This document shows positions 54,023 through 63,368 of a DNA stretch of 64,000 bases, in pieces. Each line of letters begins with the position of its first letter. Position 1 is the stretch's first letter. This DNA is from an uncultured Planctomycetota bacterium (GTDB taxonomy: Bacteria > Planctomycetota > Planctomycetia > Gemmatales > Gemmataceae). The notes under the pieces are model-generated. The model ran no database searches and was not told where the DNA came from. It saw nothing but the letters and a program-made list of their open reading frames with translations. Location of the stretch: contig CAWKHF010000002.1 of assembly GCA_963849325.1 (NCBI GenBank), positions 384,001 to 448,000 on the forward strand. Reading direction: 5' to 3'. A program made the position numbers and the translations under genes.

Positions 54023-55051
54023 GTGAAGGCACCGAAATGTTCGCTGTTGCTGGTCGATGACGAGCCGTACATCCTTCCGAGCCTGGCTGCCTTGCTGGAG
54101 CCGGAATTCGAGGTGGTCACGGCGGACGGCGTCGAGTCCGCCCGCGACGTCCTCGCCCGGCAAGCATTCGATGTCATCCTGACTGACCAGAAGATGCCGC
54201 GGCAGACCGGCATTCAACTGCTCGAATGGGTCCGCGAACATCATCCGCGCACCGTCCGGCTGCTGATGACCGGCTACGCCGACCTGGAAGACGCCGTCGA
54301 TGCGATCAACCGTGGCCAGGTTTACCACTACTTGCTCAAACCCTGGCGGACGGAGGAGCTTCTGCAAGTCCTCCGCAACGCGGCCGAGAAGTGCATGCTC
54401 GAACGCAGCCGCGACGAACTTCTCGAACAATTGCGGCAGCTCAACAGCGAGTTGGAACGGCGCGTGGCCGAACGGACGCGGGCGCTGGAAGAAGCCAATC
54501 ATCTGCTCGAACAGCGGGCCCAGGAGTTGGAACGGCTGGCCTTGACCGACCCGCTGACGGGCCTGTTCAACCGCCGGGCGATGGAGGAGCTGGCTCGCTT
54601 CGAGCTGAAGCGACACGCGCGCTATCCCAGTCCGCTGACGATCGGACTGATCGACATCGATCGCTTCAAGGAGATCAATACACGCTTTTTGTTGCCGGGC
54701 GGCGACGAGGCCTTGAGGGGTCTGGTGCGCATCCTGACGAGTTCGCTCCGCGAGGTTGACTCGGTCGGCCGCATCGGCGGCGACGAGTTTCTGATCATCG
54801 CACCGGCGACGAATGAGGAAGGGGCTACCCGACTGGCCGAGCGTATTCGAGCCACGGTGGCCGCGACAACCATCCCTTACCAGGACCAATCGATCCGGAT
54901 CTCGGTCAGTGTCAGTTTCGCCGTGGCCGAGGTTGGCGCGGCGAGCGATTTCGATTTGATGTACCGGCAGGCGGCCAGCGCCATCAAGGACGCCAAGGAC
55001 AAAGGCCGGAATTGCTTCGCCGTCTGCCGCATTCCCGCGCCGCCCTCCTGA
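54023..55051 (+). CDS. Response regulator-diguanylate cyclase (REC, coiled coil, GGDEF)
   Basis: LLVDDE, LTDQKMP, LKPW; TDPLTGLFNRR, DIDRFK, REVD I-site, GGDEF. Confidence 0.92.
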   Translation: MKAPKCSLLLVDDEPYILPSLAALLEPEFEVVTADGVESARDVLARQAFDVILTDQKMPRQTGIQLLEWVREHHPRTVRLLMTGYADLEDAVDAINRGQVYHYLLKPWRTEELLQVLRNAAEKCMLERSRDELLEQLRQLNSELERRVAERTRALEEANHLLEQRAQELERLALTDPLTGLFNRRAMEELARFELKRHARYPSPLTIGLIDIDRFKEINTRFLLPGGDEALRGLVRILTSSLREVDSVGRIGGDEFLIIAPATNEEGATRLAERIRATVAATTIPYQDQSIRISVSVSFAVAEVGAASDFDLMYRQAASAIKDAKDKGRNCFAVCRIPAPPS

Positions 55052-55068
55052 CCGGCCGTTTACTTCGG

Positions 55069-55824
55069 CTATCTGTCCAGAAGGGAGAGGACCGAGCTGA
55101 GGGCCAGCAGTTGCTTGGCCGCCCCGCGCGTCTGTCCGGCCAAACGCCACAACTCCGCCAGGAGCGCGGGATGCCGGAACACGGCCCCCGCCAATCGCAC
55201 GGGCGAAACGCGGCCCCGGCGCAGCAGGTCCACCAGATGAGGTGACAATGACGTGTTCAGGTCATCCGAGATGACGCGCACGCAGGCGAAGGGAATGCCG
55301 TGTTCGTGGCACAGGTGGGCGACGACGGCGGTTTCCATGTCCACGGCGAGCGCCTGATACTCCCATCCGAGCCGCTGCTTCCACTGTGGATCGCCGATCA
55401 ATTCTGACGCGGTCAACAAGCGGCCGCTGCTGAACGAGGGGCCGTCAGCGAAAGCCGCTGCCGGAGCAACAGGCCAGCAATTCCCGCGTTGATCGAGGAT
55501 TTCCGTCGCCAGGATGAGGTCGCCGACACGCTGTTCCGGCCGTAACGCTCCCGAGAAGCCAGCAGACAAAACCAGGCGAGGACGATACGGAACGTCGCCG
55601 AAGCGTGGCGTCGCGAGACACCAGCGCAGGGCGTTCTCCATCGCCCGTGCCCCGAGTCCGGTCTCCAGCATCAACACCGTCTGGGATGGGGGACCGCGAA
55701 ACTCGGCGCGGCAGGGCGCGCCGGAGAAAGATTGCTGATAGGGGTAGGCGCGCCGGAAGTACATCGACTCCCGGCGCAAGGCGAAGACGAGACAAGGATC
55801 GGTAATCGCGCTGTCCGCGGTCAT
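55069..55824 (-). CDS. hpnG: Hopanoid-associated nucleoside phosphorylase (HpnG-like)
   Basis: ETGLG, SAGFSGAL, AVDMETA, CVRVISD; TGATG-coupled to hpnH. Confidence 0.75.
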   Translation of the reverse strand: MTADSAITDPCLVFALRRESMYFRRAYPYQQSFSGAPCRAEFRGPPSQTVLMLETGLGARAMENALRWCLATPRFGDVPYRPRLVLSAGFSGALRPEQRVGDLILATEILDQRGNCWPVAPAAAFADGPSFSSGRLLTASELIGDPQWKQRLGWEYQALAVDMETAVVAHLCHEHGIPFACVRVISDDLNTSLSPHLVDLLRRGRVSPVRLAGAVFRHPALLAELWRLAGQTRGAAKQLLALSSVLSLLDR

Positions 55825-56846
55825 CAGGTCAGTTGCCACATCAGCATTTTGAGGCTGTCGGCCAACTTCGCGTTGACGCCGAGAGCGGCGGAGGTCTCGA
55901 AGCCGCAGTGCATCATGCAGTGCTCGCAGCGCGGATCCTTGCCGTGGCCGTACTTCTCCCAGTTGGTGTTCTCCATCAGGTCGGCGAAGCTGTCGTGGTG
56001 CTCGTCGGTGATGAGATAGCACGGCCCCTTCCAGCCCTTGACGTTCCGCGTCGGATTGCCCCAGGCCGTGCAGCTCAGCTCGCGTTTGCCGCTGAGAAAC
56101 TCCAGGTAGATCGGCGAAGACATCATGCGGTACTTGACGAGCAGCTTTTCGGCCTCCTGGAACTTGGCGCGGATGTCGTCGCGCGTCAGGAAAATCTCGG
56201 CCGCGCCCTTGGGGTTGGTCTTCTGGACCGCCGTGTAGCCGTAGGCCGGCGACAGCATGAAGCCATCGACGCTTCAGCGACTTCAGGTAGGCGAACAGCT
56301 GGTCGATCTCGTCGAGGTTGGTTTCCTTGTAGATGGTCGTGTTGGTGCAGACCAGGAAGCCGGCCTTCTTGGCGGCGACGATGCCCTCGACGGCGGCCTG
56401 GAAAACGCCCGGACGCTCGACGGCCAGGTCGTGCGTCTGCTCCAGGCCGTCGAGGTGGACGTTGAAGAAGAAGCGGCTGGTCGGCCGAAACTCGTGCAGC
56501 CGCTTGCGGATGAACATGCCGTTGGTGCAGAGGTAAATGTGCTTGCGCCGGCGGAGGATGCCGCGCACCAGGGCGCCGATCTCCGGGTAGATCATCGGCT
56601 CGCCGCCGCAGATGCTGACGATGGGCGCGCCGGCCTCATCGACCGCTGCAAGGCACTCGCGCGACGGTCAGTTTTTCCTTGATCGTCTGCGAGTATTCGC
56701 GGATGCGGCCGCAGCCGGTGCAGGTCAGGTTGCAGGCGTGCAGCGGCTCGAGCATCAGCACCAGGGGATAGCGCTTCGCGCCGCGACAGCTTCTTGCGGG
56801 CCATGTAGCCCACCATGGTCGTCGTCAGACTCAGCGGGAAACGCAT
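55824..56846 (-). CDS. hpnH: Adenosyl-hopene transferase, radical SAM; frameshifted
   Basis: MLEPLHACNLTCTGCGRI (CxxxCxxC), GGEP, YLCTNG, CTAWGNPTRN, PCYL, DPRCEHCMMHCGFE. Confidence 0.9.
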
Positions 56847-56870
56847 GGACAAAACCTCCGAACGGATCGC

Positions 56871-56977
56871 AACCGTCAAGACGCCAAGCAAAGACGGAGG
56901 ATCAAGTGTAGTACGAGGGGGATGAGAGATTCCGTAGCTCTCTTTCTTCTCTTGGCGTCCTTGGCGTCTTGGCGGTT
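56871..56977. repeat. Imperfect inverted repeat (AACCGCCAAGACGCCAAG type) between shc and hpnH
   Basis: aaccgtcaagacgccaag ... cttggcgtccttggcgtcttggcggtt. Confidence 0.7.
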
Positions 56978-58927
56978 CGATCATAGCGAGCCAGGGCCAT
57001 GAGCGGGAAGTACAGGCGGTAAAGGTGATATTTCAGGTAGAAGACCTTGGGGAAGCCGGTGCCGGTGAACGGTCTTCGCGCCAGTTGCCGTCCTCGTCCT
57101 GCGTGGTCAGTAGGTAATCGATGCCACCGCGGACCGCGTCGCTGTCGTGCCTCGCCGGCGGCCATCAGGGCGAGCAGCGCCCAGGCGGTCTGCGACGCCG
57201 TCGGCGTCCCCTGTGCCGGCCAGCGTGGGGTCGTCGTAGCTGCGGCAGGTTTCGCCCCAGCCGCCGCCGGCTGCTGCACTTGCTCGCAGCCAGGCCACGG
57301 CGCGGCGCACCATCGGGTCTTGCATGTCGAAGCCGATGCTGCGCAGGCCGCACAGCACCTGCCAGGTGCCGTAGATGTAATTGACGCCCCAGCGGCCGAT
57401 CCAGCAGCCGGACTCCTCCTGCGTTTTCCGCAGAAAGACGAGGGCGCGGCGCACCTGCGGATGATCGCATGCCGAAGCCGTAATGGCCCAGCGCTTCCAG
57501 GACGCGGGCGGTGATGTCGGGACAGCTCGGGTCGAGCATGGCGTTGTGGTCGGCGAACGGCACGTGCGTCAGGACTTCGCGGTTGATGTCGCGGTCGAAG
57601 GCCGCCCAGCCGCCGTCGCGGTTCTGCATGCCCAACAGCCAGCGCAGGCCGCGCTCGGCGGCCGGGCCGGCCGTCGGTCGTGTTCGCCTGCCCCGTCTTC
57701 GCCAGCGCCATCAGCACCATCGCCGTGTCGTCGGTGTCGGGGTAGAAGGCGTTGCGGTACTCGAAGAACCAGCCGCCCGGCTCCAGTGCCGGGTTGGTCA
57801 GGCTCCAGTCGCCCTGCTGACGCACTTCGCTTGGCAAGCAGCCAGCGGGCGGCCTGCTGGATGGCGGGGTGCTCGCGCGGACAGCCCAGCATCGGCCAGG
57901 GCGTTGAGGCTCAGGGCCGTGTCCCACACCGGCGAGAAGCACGGCTGCAAGCGCAGCGTGTCGTCTTCCTCGATCATCAGGTCTTCGAGCTGCTTCAGGG
58001 CCCAGCGCATCTCGGGAGCATCGTCGGGGACGCCCAGGCAGCGCAGGGCGACGACGGTGTAGATCATCGGCGGGAAGATGGCGCCGAGGCCGTCGCTGTC
58101 GTCGAGGTGCTCGCGCATCCAGGCGGCGGCTCGGCGGAGGGCGAGGCGACGAATCGGCCCCAGCCACGGCTCGACCTTCTTGTAGAGGCCGTCGACGCCG
58201 AGGAAGAAGTTGGTCCAGCTCAGCCAGCGCCGCGCGGGCTGCGCCGGCCAGAGCGAGCGTCTGCGGCGGCCGCAGGAACAGTTCGCGATGCCTTTTTCGG
58301 CGGGCAGTTGCCGCACCGGCTTGCACGCCGAGAAGATGCTGAGCGGCACGACGATGGTGCGCGTCCAGCTCGACATGGCGTAGAGGTTGACGTAGACCCA
58401 GCGCGGCAGCAGCACCATCTCCGGCGGCACCGAGGCGCAGTTGCCGTAGGGGAACTGGCCCAGCAGGGCGAGGTAGAACTTCGTGAAGCTGTTGCAGCCG
58501 GCGGCGCCGCCGAGGGCGCGGATGACCTGCGCGGGCCCGACGCATGTACGGCGCGTCGGGGTCGTGGCCGGTCAGCTTGAGGGCGAAGTAGGCCTTGACC
58601 GAGACGCTCAGGTCGGCCGGGCCGCCGGGGTAGTTGCTCCAGCCGCCCTCCGCCATCTGCTGCCGTAGGACGTAGCGGGCGGCCTTGCGGCAGACCTCCG
58701 CTGTCCTCGCGGCCGAGGAAGGCCATGAGCAGGACGTATTCGGATTCGAGGATGGTGTCGCCCTGCAGCTCGCCGACCCAGTGGCCGTCGTCCTGCTGCT
58801 GGTCCAGCAGGCAGCGGCGAGCGGCGTCGATGCCGCGACGCAGAGGAGAGGAGGGGGCGGAATCGTGGCGGCGTCCGGCATCCGGCCGTCGCGGCATCGG
58901 CCGCGTCTGCGACTGTGAGCCTTTCAC
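56902..58927 (-). CDS. shc: Squalene-hopene cyclase, multiple frameshifts (ends approximate)
   Basis: QQDDGHWVGELQGD, KAYFALKL, SPVWDT, YPDTDDT (DxDD), MQNRDGGWAAFD, WGVNYIYGT, FTGTGFPKVFYLKYHLY. Confidence 0.92.
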
Positions 58928-59092
58928 GGGAATCCTTTCCGCTTCCTTCGACTATTCTCCCTCGACCCGGAGGGTCCGCGTAATGTACCCGCTCGCCGCG
59001 AAACGCCGCAAGATGAACTCGCCGCTCTTGCCGATGCCTGTTCTGGTCCCCACGACGCGCCGGCTGATACAATCGGGGACGGGAGGTCCATC

Positions 59093-59436
59093 GTGAACGC
59101 ATCCGCATCCGCAAGCACATTGACTCGGACACGCCGTATCTGCCGGAACTCCGGCCACTGATCGGCAAGACCGTTGAGATCATCGTTCTCGATGAAACGG
59201 TCGGCCCAGAAGGCAAGCAGTTGGAGACGGAAGAAACCTTCTTTGGTCTGGCCCCGCCGCCGCCGACGCCGGAAGAGCAAACGGCGTACTTGGCGAAGTT
59301 CCGCGCCATGCGCGACAATCCGGCCTATACGAAACTATGGCCTTACCTTGATCTGCTCCTGACGGGGCAACTCGATATCGACGTAGACGAGGTAGTTCAA
59401 GCCCGTGGAATGACCGCCCATGATTCTGACCGATAG
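59093..59436 (+). CDS. Antitoxin-like protein (1-nt frameshift right after the GTG start)
   Basis: GGAGG, GTG AAC GC then IRIRKHIDSDTPYLPELRPLIGKTVEIIVLDE, in frame with ORF 59221..59436; overlaps a PIN-like start. Confidence 0.65.
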
Positions 59437-59449
59437 TTCCATCCTGATC
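59420..59449 (+). pseudogene. PIN/VapC toxin stub
   Basis: MILTDSSILI, then similarity stops. Confidence 0.6.
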
Positions 59450-59450
59450 C

Positions 59451-59546
59451 GTCAGATTGGACGACCAGGACCGGGAAGGGTTTCGTCGTTTCCAAGTTGG
59501 AATTGGGGGACAATGCCAGGAGAACTTCTCCGCGTTCATACGTCAT
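59451..59546 (-). pseudogene. MazF/PemK toxin N-terminal fragment
   Basis: Manual translation MTYERGEVLLALSPNSNLETTKPFPVLVVQSD matches the PemK pattern RGDVxLxxFP..K.RPxLVVQxD. Confidence 0.7.
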
Positions 59547-59766
59547 TGTAAACATCCATTTCCGGTCGATCCCAGTCCTCCGCAGCCGCTCCCCAGCGCG
59601 ACCGTAGTTCCGCAGTCTCCGCCTCGTCGATGCCGTGCGCCCGCAAGTCGATGCTTCCTTCGATGGGAAGGAACGTCACCACGACACGCGCCTCTTTCAC
59701 GTCCGGCGGCGTTTCCAACAGTTCGATTTTGCCGTGCCGATAAATGCCCTCAACCGCTTTCAGCAT
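59536..59766 (-). CDS. Antitoxin-like protein (76 aa)
   Basis: GGAGG RBS; MLKAVEGIYRHGKIELLETP...VVVTFL and acidic tail AEDWDRPEMDVYND; overlaps the MazF-like start. Confidence 0.75.
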   Translation of the reverse strand: MLKAVEGIYRHGKIELLETPPDVKEARVVVTFLPIEGSIDLRAHGIDEAETAELRSRWGAAAEDWDRPEMDVYNDV

Positions 59767-60079
59767 GTACGTTTCCTCCAGCAAAGTTTGAGACCCCTTG
59801 TGCGGGATCGTTTGCGTTCTACTGATCGGTGCGCAAAGGACGCTGGGCTGGAATTGTGGACCTAAGATGCGCATTTCGCCGCGATGGCCGCCCTATTGTC
59901 CGGCTTGAGGCTGTTTCACGAGCCGCCGTGAGGAAGGCTTCGAGATACGAGGGCAAGGGAAGGCGCTAAGAACCTTTTTGCATAGCAAAAGTATTAAAAT
60001 GGTTCCTGATATCTTTTTTCCCCCAAATGCCGCGATCTCTGCCAGTCACAACCGCGATTGGTCATCGGACATGCATCGC

Positions 60080-63000
60080 TTACCCCTTCTTTCTCCCCTT
60101 CTTCGAGCCGATCTCGTTGCCGAAGAGGTCCGTGGGGATGGCGTTGCCGAACAGGTCTGCAGGCCGATCCTTCACCGACTTCTCTGGGGGCGACAGCGCT
60201 TCCGCCTTCTCCTCGTCGGTCAGCTTCTGGGATTCTGGAGCCGGTTTCATCGGCCGACCAAGCACCTGATAGGCCCGCGCCGTCGCCATCCGGCCACGCC
60301 GCGTCCGCACGATGAATTGCTCCCGCAGCAGGTACGGCTCGATCTCGTCGCTGAGGGTATCAACCGGCAGGCTCATGCTGGCCGCCAGGGATTCGACACC
60401 GACCGGCCCGCCGCCGTGTACGCCGACCAGTATTTCCAGATAACGGCGGTCCTGTTTATCCAGTCCATCGCGATCGACCTCGGCCATGTCCAGGGCGGCG
60501 CGGGCGATGTCGAAGGTGATGCGGCCATCGTCCTCGCTGGCGGCAAAGCTCCGCGCCCACCACAGCCGGGCGTTGGCGAGGCGCGGCGTGCCGCGACTGC
60601 GCCGCGCCAGCTCAAGGGCCGCATCGTCGGTGATCGAGGTTTGCAGCTTGCAGGCATTGATGCGCACGATCTCGGCCAACTCCTCAACGGTGTAATACTC
60701 AAGGTGCTCGTGCATCTTGAAGCGATCGCGCAGCGGTCCAGACATCATTCCGCTGCGGGTGGTCGCCCCGATCAGCGTGAACGGTTTCAGACGCAGGTTG
60801 ATTGTCCGCGCATTCATGCCTTCGCCGAGTACAATATCGAAGCGGAAATCCTTCATTGCTGGATAGATCAACTCCTCGACAAGACGCGGCATCCGGTGGA
60901 TTTCGTCGATGAACAGCACCGAGCCTTCCTCGACGTTGGTGAGAAAGGTCAACAGATCGGCCGGCTTAGTTAGCGCCGAGCCGCTGGTCATTTGGATCGA
61001 CGTGCCCAGTTCGTTGGCCAGTGCGTTAGCGAAGGTGGTCTTGCCCATTCCCGGCGGGCCGTCGAACAAGATGTGCGATAGCGGCTCCTTGAGTTTTTTA
61101 CAGGCGTTCAGGACGATGCTCAGGCGCTGGACGATCGCTTGTTGGCCGATGATTTCGCGCAGCCATCGCGGCCGCAGCGACGCATCGCGCCGCCGCGATT
61201 CCTCGTCGCCGCCAGATTGCACGATGGCTTGAGGTGCCGTGTAGGAGCCTCGCACGTCTTCCACCTGTTTGAGAGATTCAACCCAGGAAGGGATAGTGCC
61301 GATCGAGTACTTCCGAATTATCGACTGAGCTTCCTGTTTAAGAGATTCAACCACGGAAGGGATGGGGGCGGCAGGGGCCGGTAGCACTGCTGGGGCGGGG
61401 CTGGGAGCCGCAGCGGGGAACAAGCCCTTGACGGAGTTGGCCGGCACCCATTCCAACATGCCGTACTGCCAGACAAAATCGGTCGGTTTCAACTGTCCGG
61501 AAGCCGCCAGTTGCTTGAGTTGAGTGGCCGTGATGGGCGCGATGGCTTGCTGGCCGTTGAGCGTGTAATGCCATTCATTCGCCGCCTTGGCGGAGACGGG
61601 GGGAAGGACGGCCGAATCGCCGAGGCTCTTGCCGGAAGGACTTCTATAAGGGGTTGCTAGATAATGCCAAGGGGGCACGACGGCCGAATCGCCGAGAGTC
61701 TTGCCGGCGGGGGGGAACAATCCTTTGATGGCGCCAGCGGGTACCCATTCGACCATGCCTTCCTGCCAAACGAGGTCGGTCGGCTTCAGCTGCCCGGAGG
61801 CCGCCAATTGCTTGAGTTGGGTGGCGCTGATGGGCGAAGCGGCGGGTTGGCCGTGGATCGTATAATGCCATTCATTCCGCATCAGGTCGGGCAGTGCAAG
61901 GCCGGAGGGAATGGCCTGATCGACCTGGAGGCCGGGTGCTGCTTGTATTTCGCTAATCCGCCGTGCCAACTCAGCCGCGTCTGTCGGGCGTTTTTCCGCT
62001 CGTGATGCCAGGCAGGATGCCAGTAAAGCGAGAAAGTCTTCACTCACTCCGCGTGAACGTACTTCATCCTGCCAATCAGCCGGCAAAGACACACTATTCA
62101 TGTCGCCGGTGAGGAGTTGATACCAGATGACACCGAGGGCGTGGACATCGTCGCGCGGGTCTGGCGGCTCCCCGTCCTTTTGTTGCGGTGAGGCGTAAAA
62201 GGGCGTGTGGGCACCTCGCAACACCGTCGGAAGCAAGTTACAGCCCACACGACTACGTTTCGCCGCCGCCAGCGCCTGACCAGCTACGACACCGCCGATG
62301 CCGAAGTCAGCTACGCGGGGAGCGTACCCTCCCTTATCGGTTCGGTTCAGGAGGATGTTCGCTGGCTTGAGATCACGATGCACGATGGGCGGATTAAGCT
62401 TGTGTGCATACGCTACAATCTCCGCTAGTCTGTATACCAATTTTGTAGCTTTTTCGACCGTGCATGCTGAAGGCGAGCGGTGCCATTGGGCGATCACTTT
62501 AGTCAAATCACCCCCAGCCACGTACTCGTACTCCAGACAGGGCGTCTCGGCGTTGAGATAGGTGTGCAAGAGTTTCACGATGCCCAGATGTTTCCCTTCG
62601 CACATGACACGGCCCAGCAAGGCTGCCTCGTTGCGGAGCACTTTGGCCGCCGTCGCATCGGTGCAGAACTTGAGAGCTGCTACCGTGTGGGGAAGGTGGG
62701 GGTTGCATGCCATCCAGACTTCCCCGAAGCCACCTACGCCGAGCAGTTCCTGTAACTCCCAATCTCCGATACCGGGCGGACGGTCTCCGGGCCGAAACCG
62801 GGGCATCTTACTGGGAAGGAGGAGGAGTAGGTCTTCGGCGCGTTGCAAGGAAAGTTCAGAAGAGAGCGATCGTCCACTCGAATCTCCGCGGCAGCGCTGG
62901 GACTGACGGATGGCGTTCGGTACGAGAGCTACATAGTCCGCTACCGCTTGGCAGACAGTCTCCAGATGTCCAGCGCCTTCCACCTGCGCAGCCAATTTGG

Positions 63001-63217
63001 CGTAGCCCTTTGTTTCGGCGACCGACAGTCGGGCTACCGCTTGCAGCTCCGCTCGCAATTGATCTTCTGGCCGGCCTCTGTTCCACCACTTCCAAACGTC
63101 TTTCGCCATGTCTGGCAAGACATCGACAGCAAAATCCCCTAATACGCCGCCTCCGGCGATGTTCAAGGCGGCTCTGGCAATGAACCGCAAGAGGGCGGGC
63201 GGCGTGTGCATGGCCAT
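60080..63217 (-). CDS. Fusion protein: N-terminal helical domain, Ser/Thr kinase, two GYF_2 (DUF4339)-like domains, full-length RuvB-like ATPase
   Basis: Kinase LGVGGFGEVW, ALKF, HRDLKPAN, DFG, YASPQQ, DVHALG; two WHY..GQ...QLKQLAASGQLKPTD.VW..GM.EWVPA units; RuvB SLRP, GPPGMGKTT, FIDEIHR, GATTR, PLRDRF, RGTPR, IEPYLL. Confidence 0.9.
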   Translation of the reverse strand: MAMHTPPALLRFIARAALNIAGGGVLGDFAVDVLPDMAKDVWKWWNRGRPEDQLRAELQAVARLSVAETKGYAKLAAQVEGAGHLETVCQAVADYVALVPNAIRQSQRCRGDSSGRSLSSELSLQRAEDLLLLLPSKMPRFRPGDRPPGIGDWELQELLGVGGFGEVWMACNPHLPHTVAALKFCTDATAAKVLRNEAALLGRVMCEGKHLGIVKLLHTYLNAETPCLEYEYVAGGDLTKVIAQWHRSPSACTVEKATKLVYRLAEIVAYAHKLNPPIVHRDLKPANILLNRTDKGGYAPRVADFGIGGVVAGQALAAAKRSRVGCNLLPTVLRGAHTPFYASPQQKDGEPPDPRDDVHALGVIWYQLLTGDMNSVSLPADWQDEVRSRGVSEDFLALLASCLASRAEKRPTDAAELARRISEIQAAPGLQVDQAIPSGLALPDLMRNEWHYTIHGQPAASPISATQLKQLAASGQLKPTDLVWQEGMVEWVPAGAIKGLFPPAGKTLGDSAVVPPWHYLATPYRSPSGKSLGDSAVLPPVSAKAANEWHYTLNGQQAIAPITATQLKQLAASGQLKPTDFVWQYGMLEWVPANSVKGLFPAAAPSPAPAVLPAPAAPIPSVVESLKQEAQSIIRKYSIGTIPSWVESLKQVEDVRGSYTAPQAIVQSGGDEESRRRDASLRPRWLREIIGQQAIVQRLSIVLNACKKLKEPLSHILFDGPPGMGKTTFANALANELGTSIQMTSGSALTKPADLLTFLTNVEEGSVLFIDEIHRMPRLVEELIYPAMKDFRFDIVLGEGMNARTINLRLKPFTLIGATTRSGMMSGPLRDRFKMHEHLEYYTVEELAEIVRINACKLQTSITDDAALELARRSRGTPRLANARLWWARSFAASEDDGRITFDIARAALDMAEVDRDGLDKQDRRYLEILVGVHGGGPVGVESLAASMSLPVDTLSDEIEPYLLREQFIVRTRRGRMATARAYQVLGRPMKPAPESQKLTDEEKAEALSPPEKSVKDRPADLFGNAIPTDLFGNEIGSKKGRKKG

Positions 63218-63368
63218 TCCACTCCGGCGAATTCAGGCGAATCGAGGTGTGGGTTATTGTCTGCCGAGCGGAGGTCCGTTTCAACCAAAAATATCTCGCC
63301 AAGGTTTTGGGTGCCACGCCTCCATTCCTCCATTTGGCTTGCTCTTCGATTGTGTCAGCAAAGACAAC

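Noticed and set aside
55069-56595. Apparent HpnH-HpnG fusion ORF (508 aa)
   Set aside because: It arises from a frameshift near 56270. HpnH has its own stop at 55824, coupled (TGATG) to the hpnG start.
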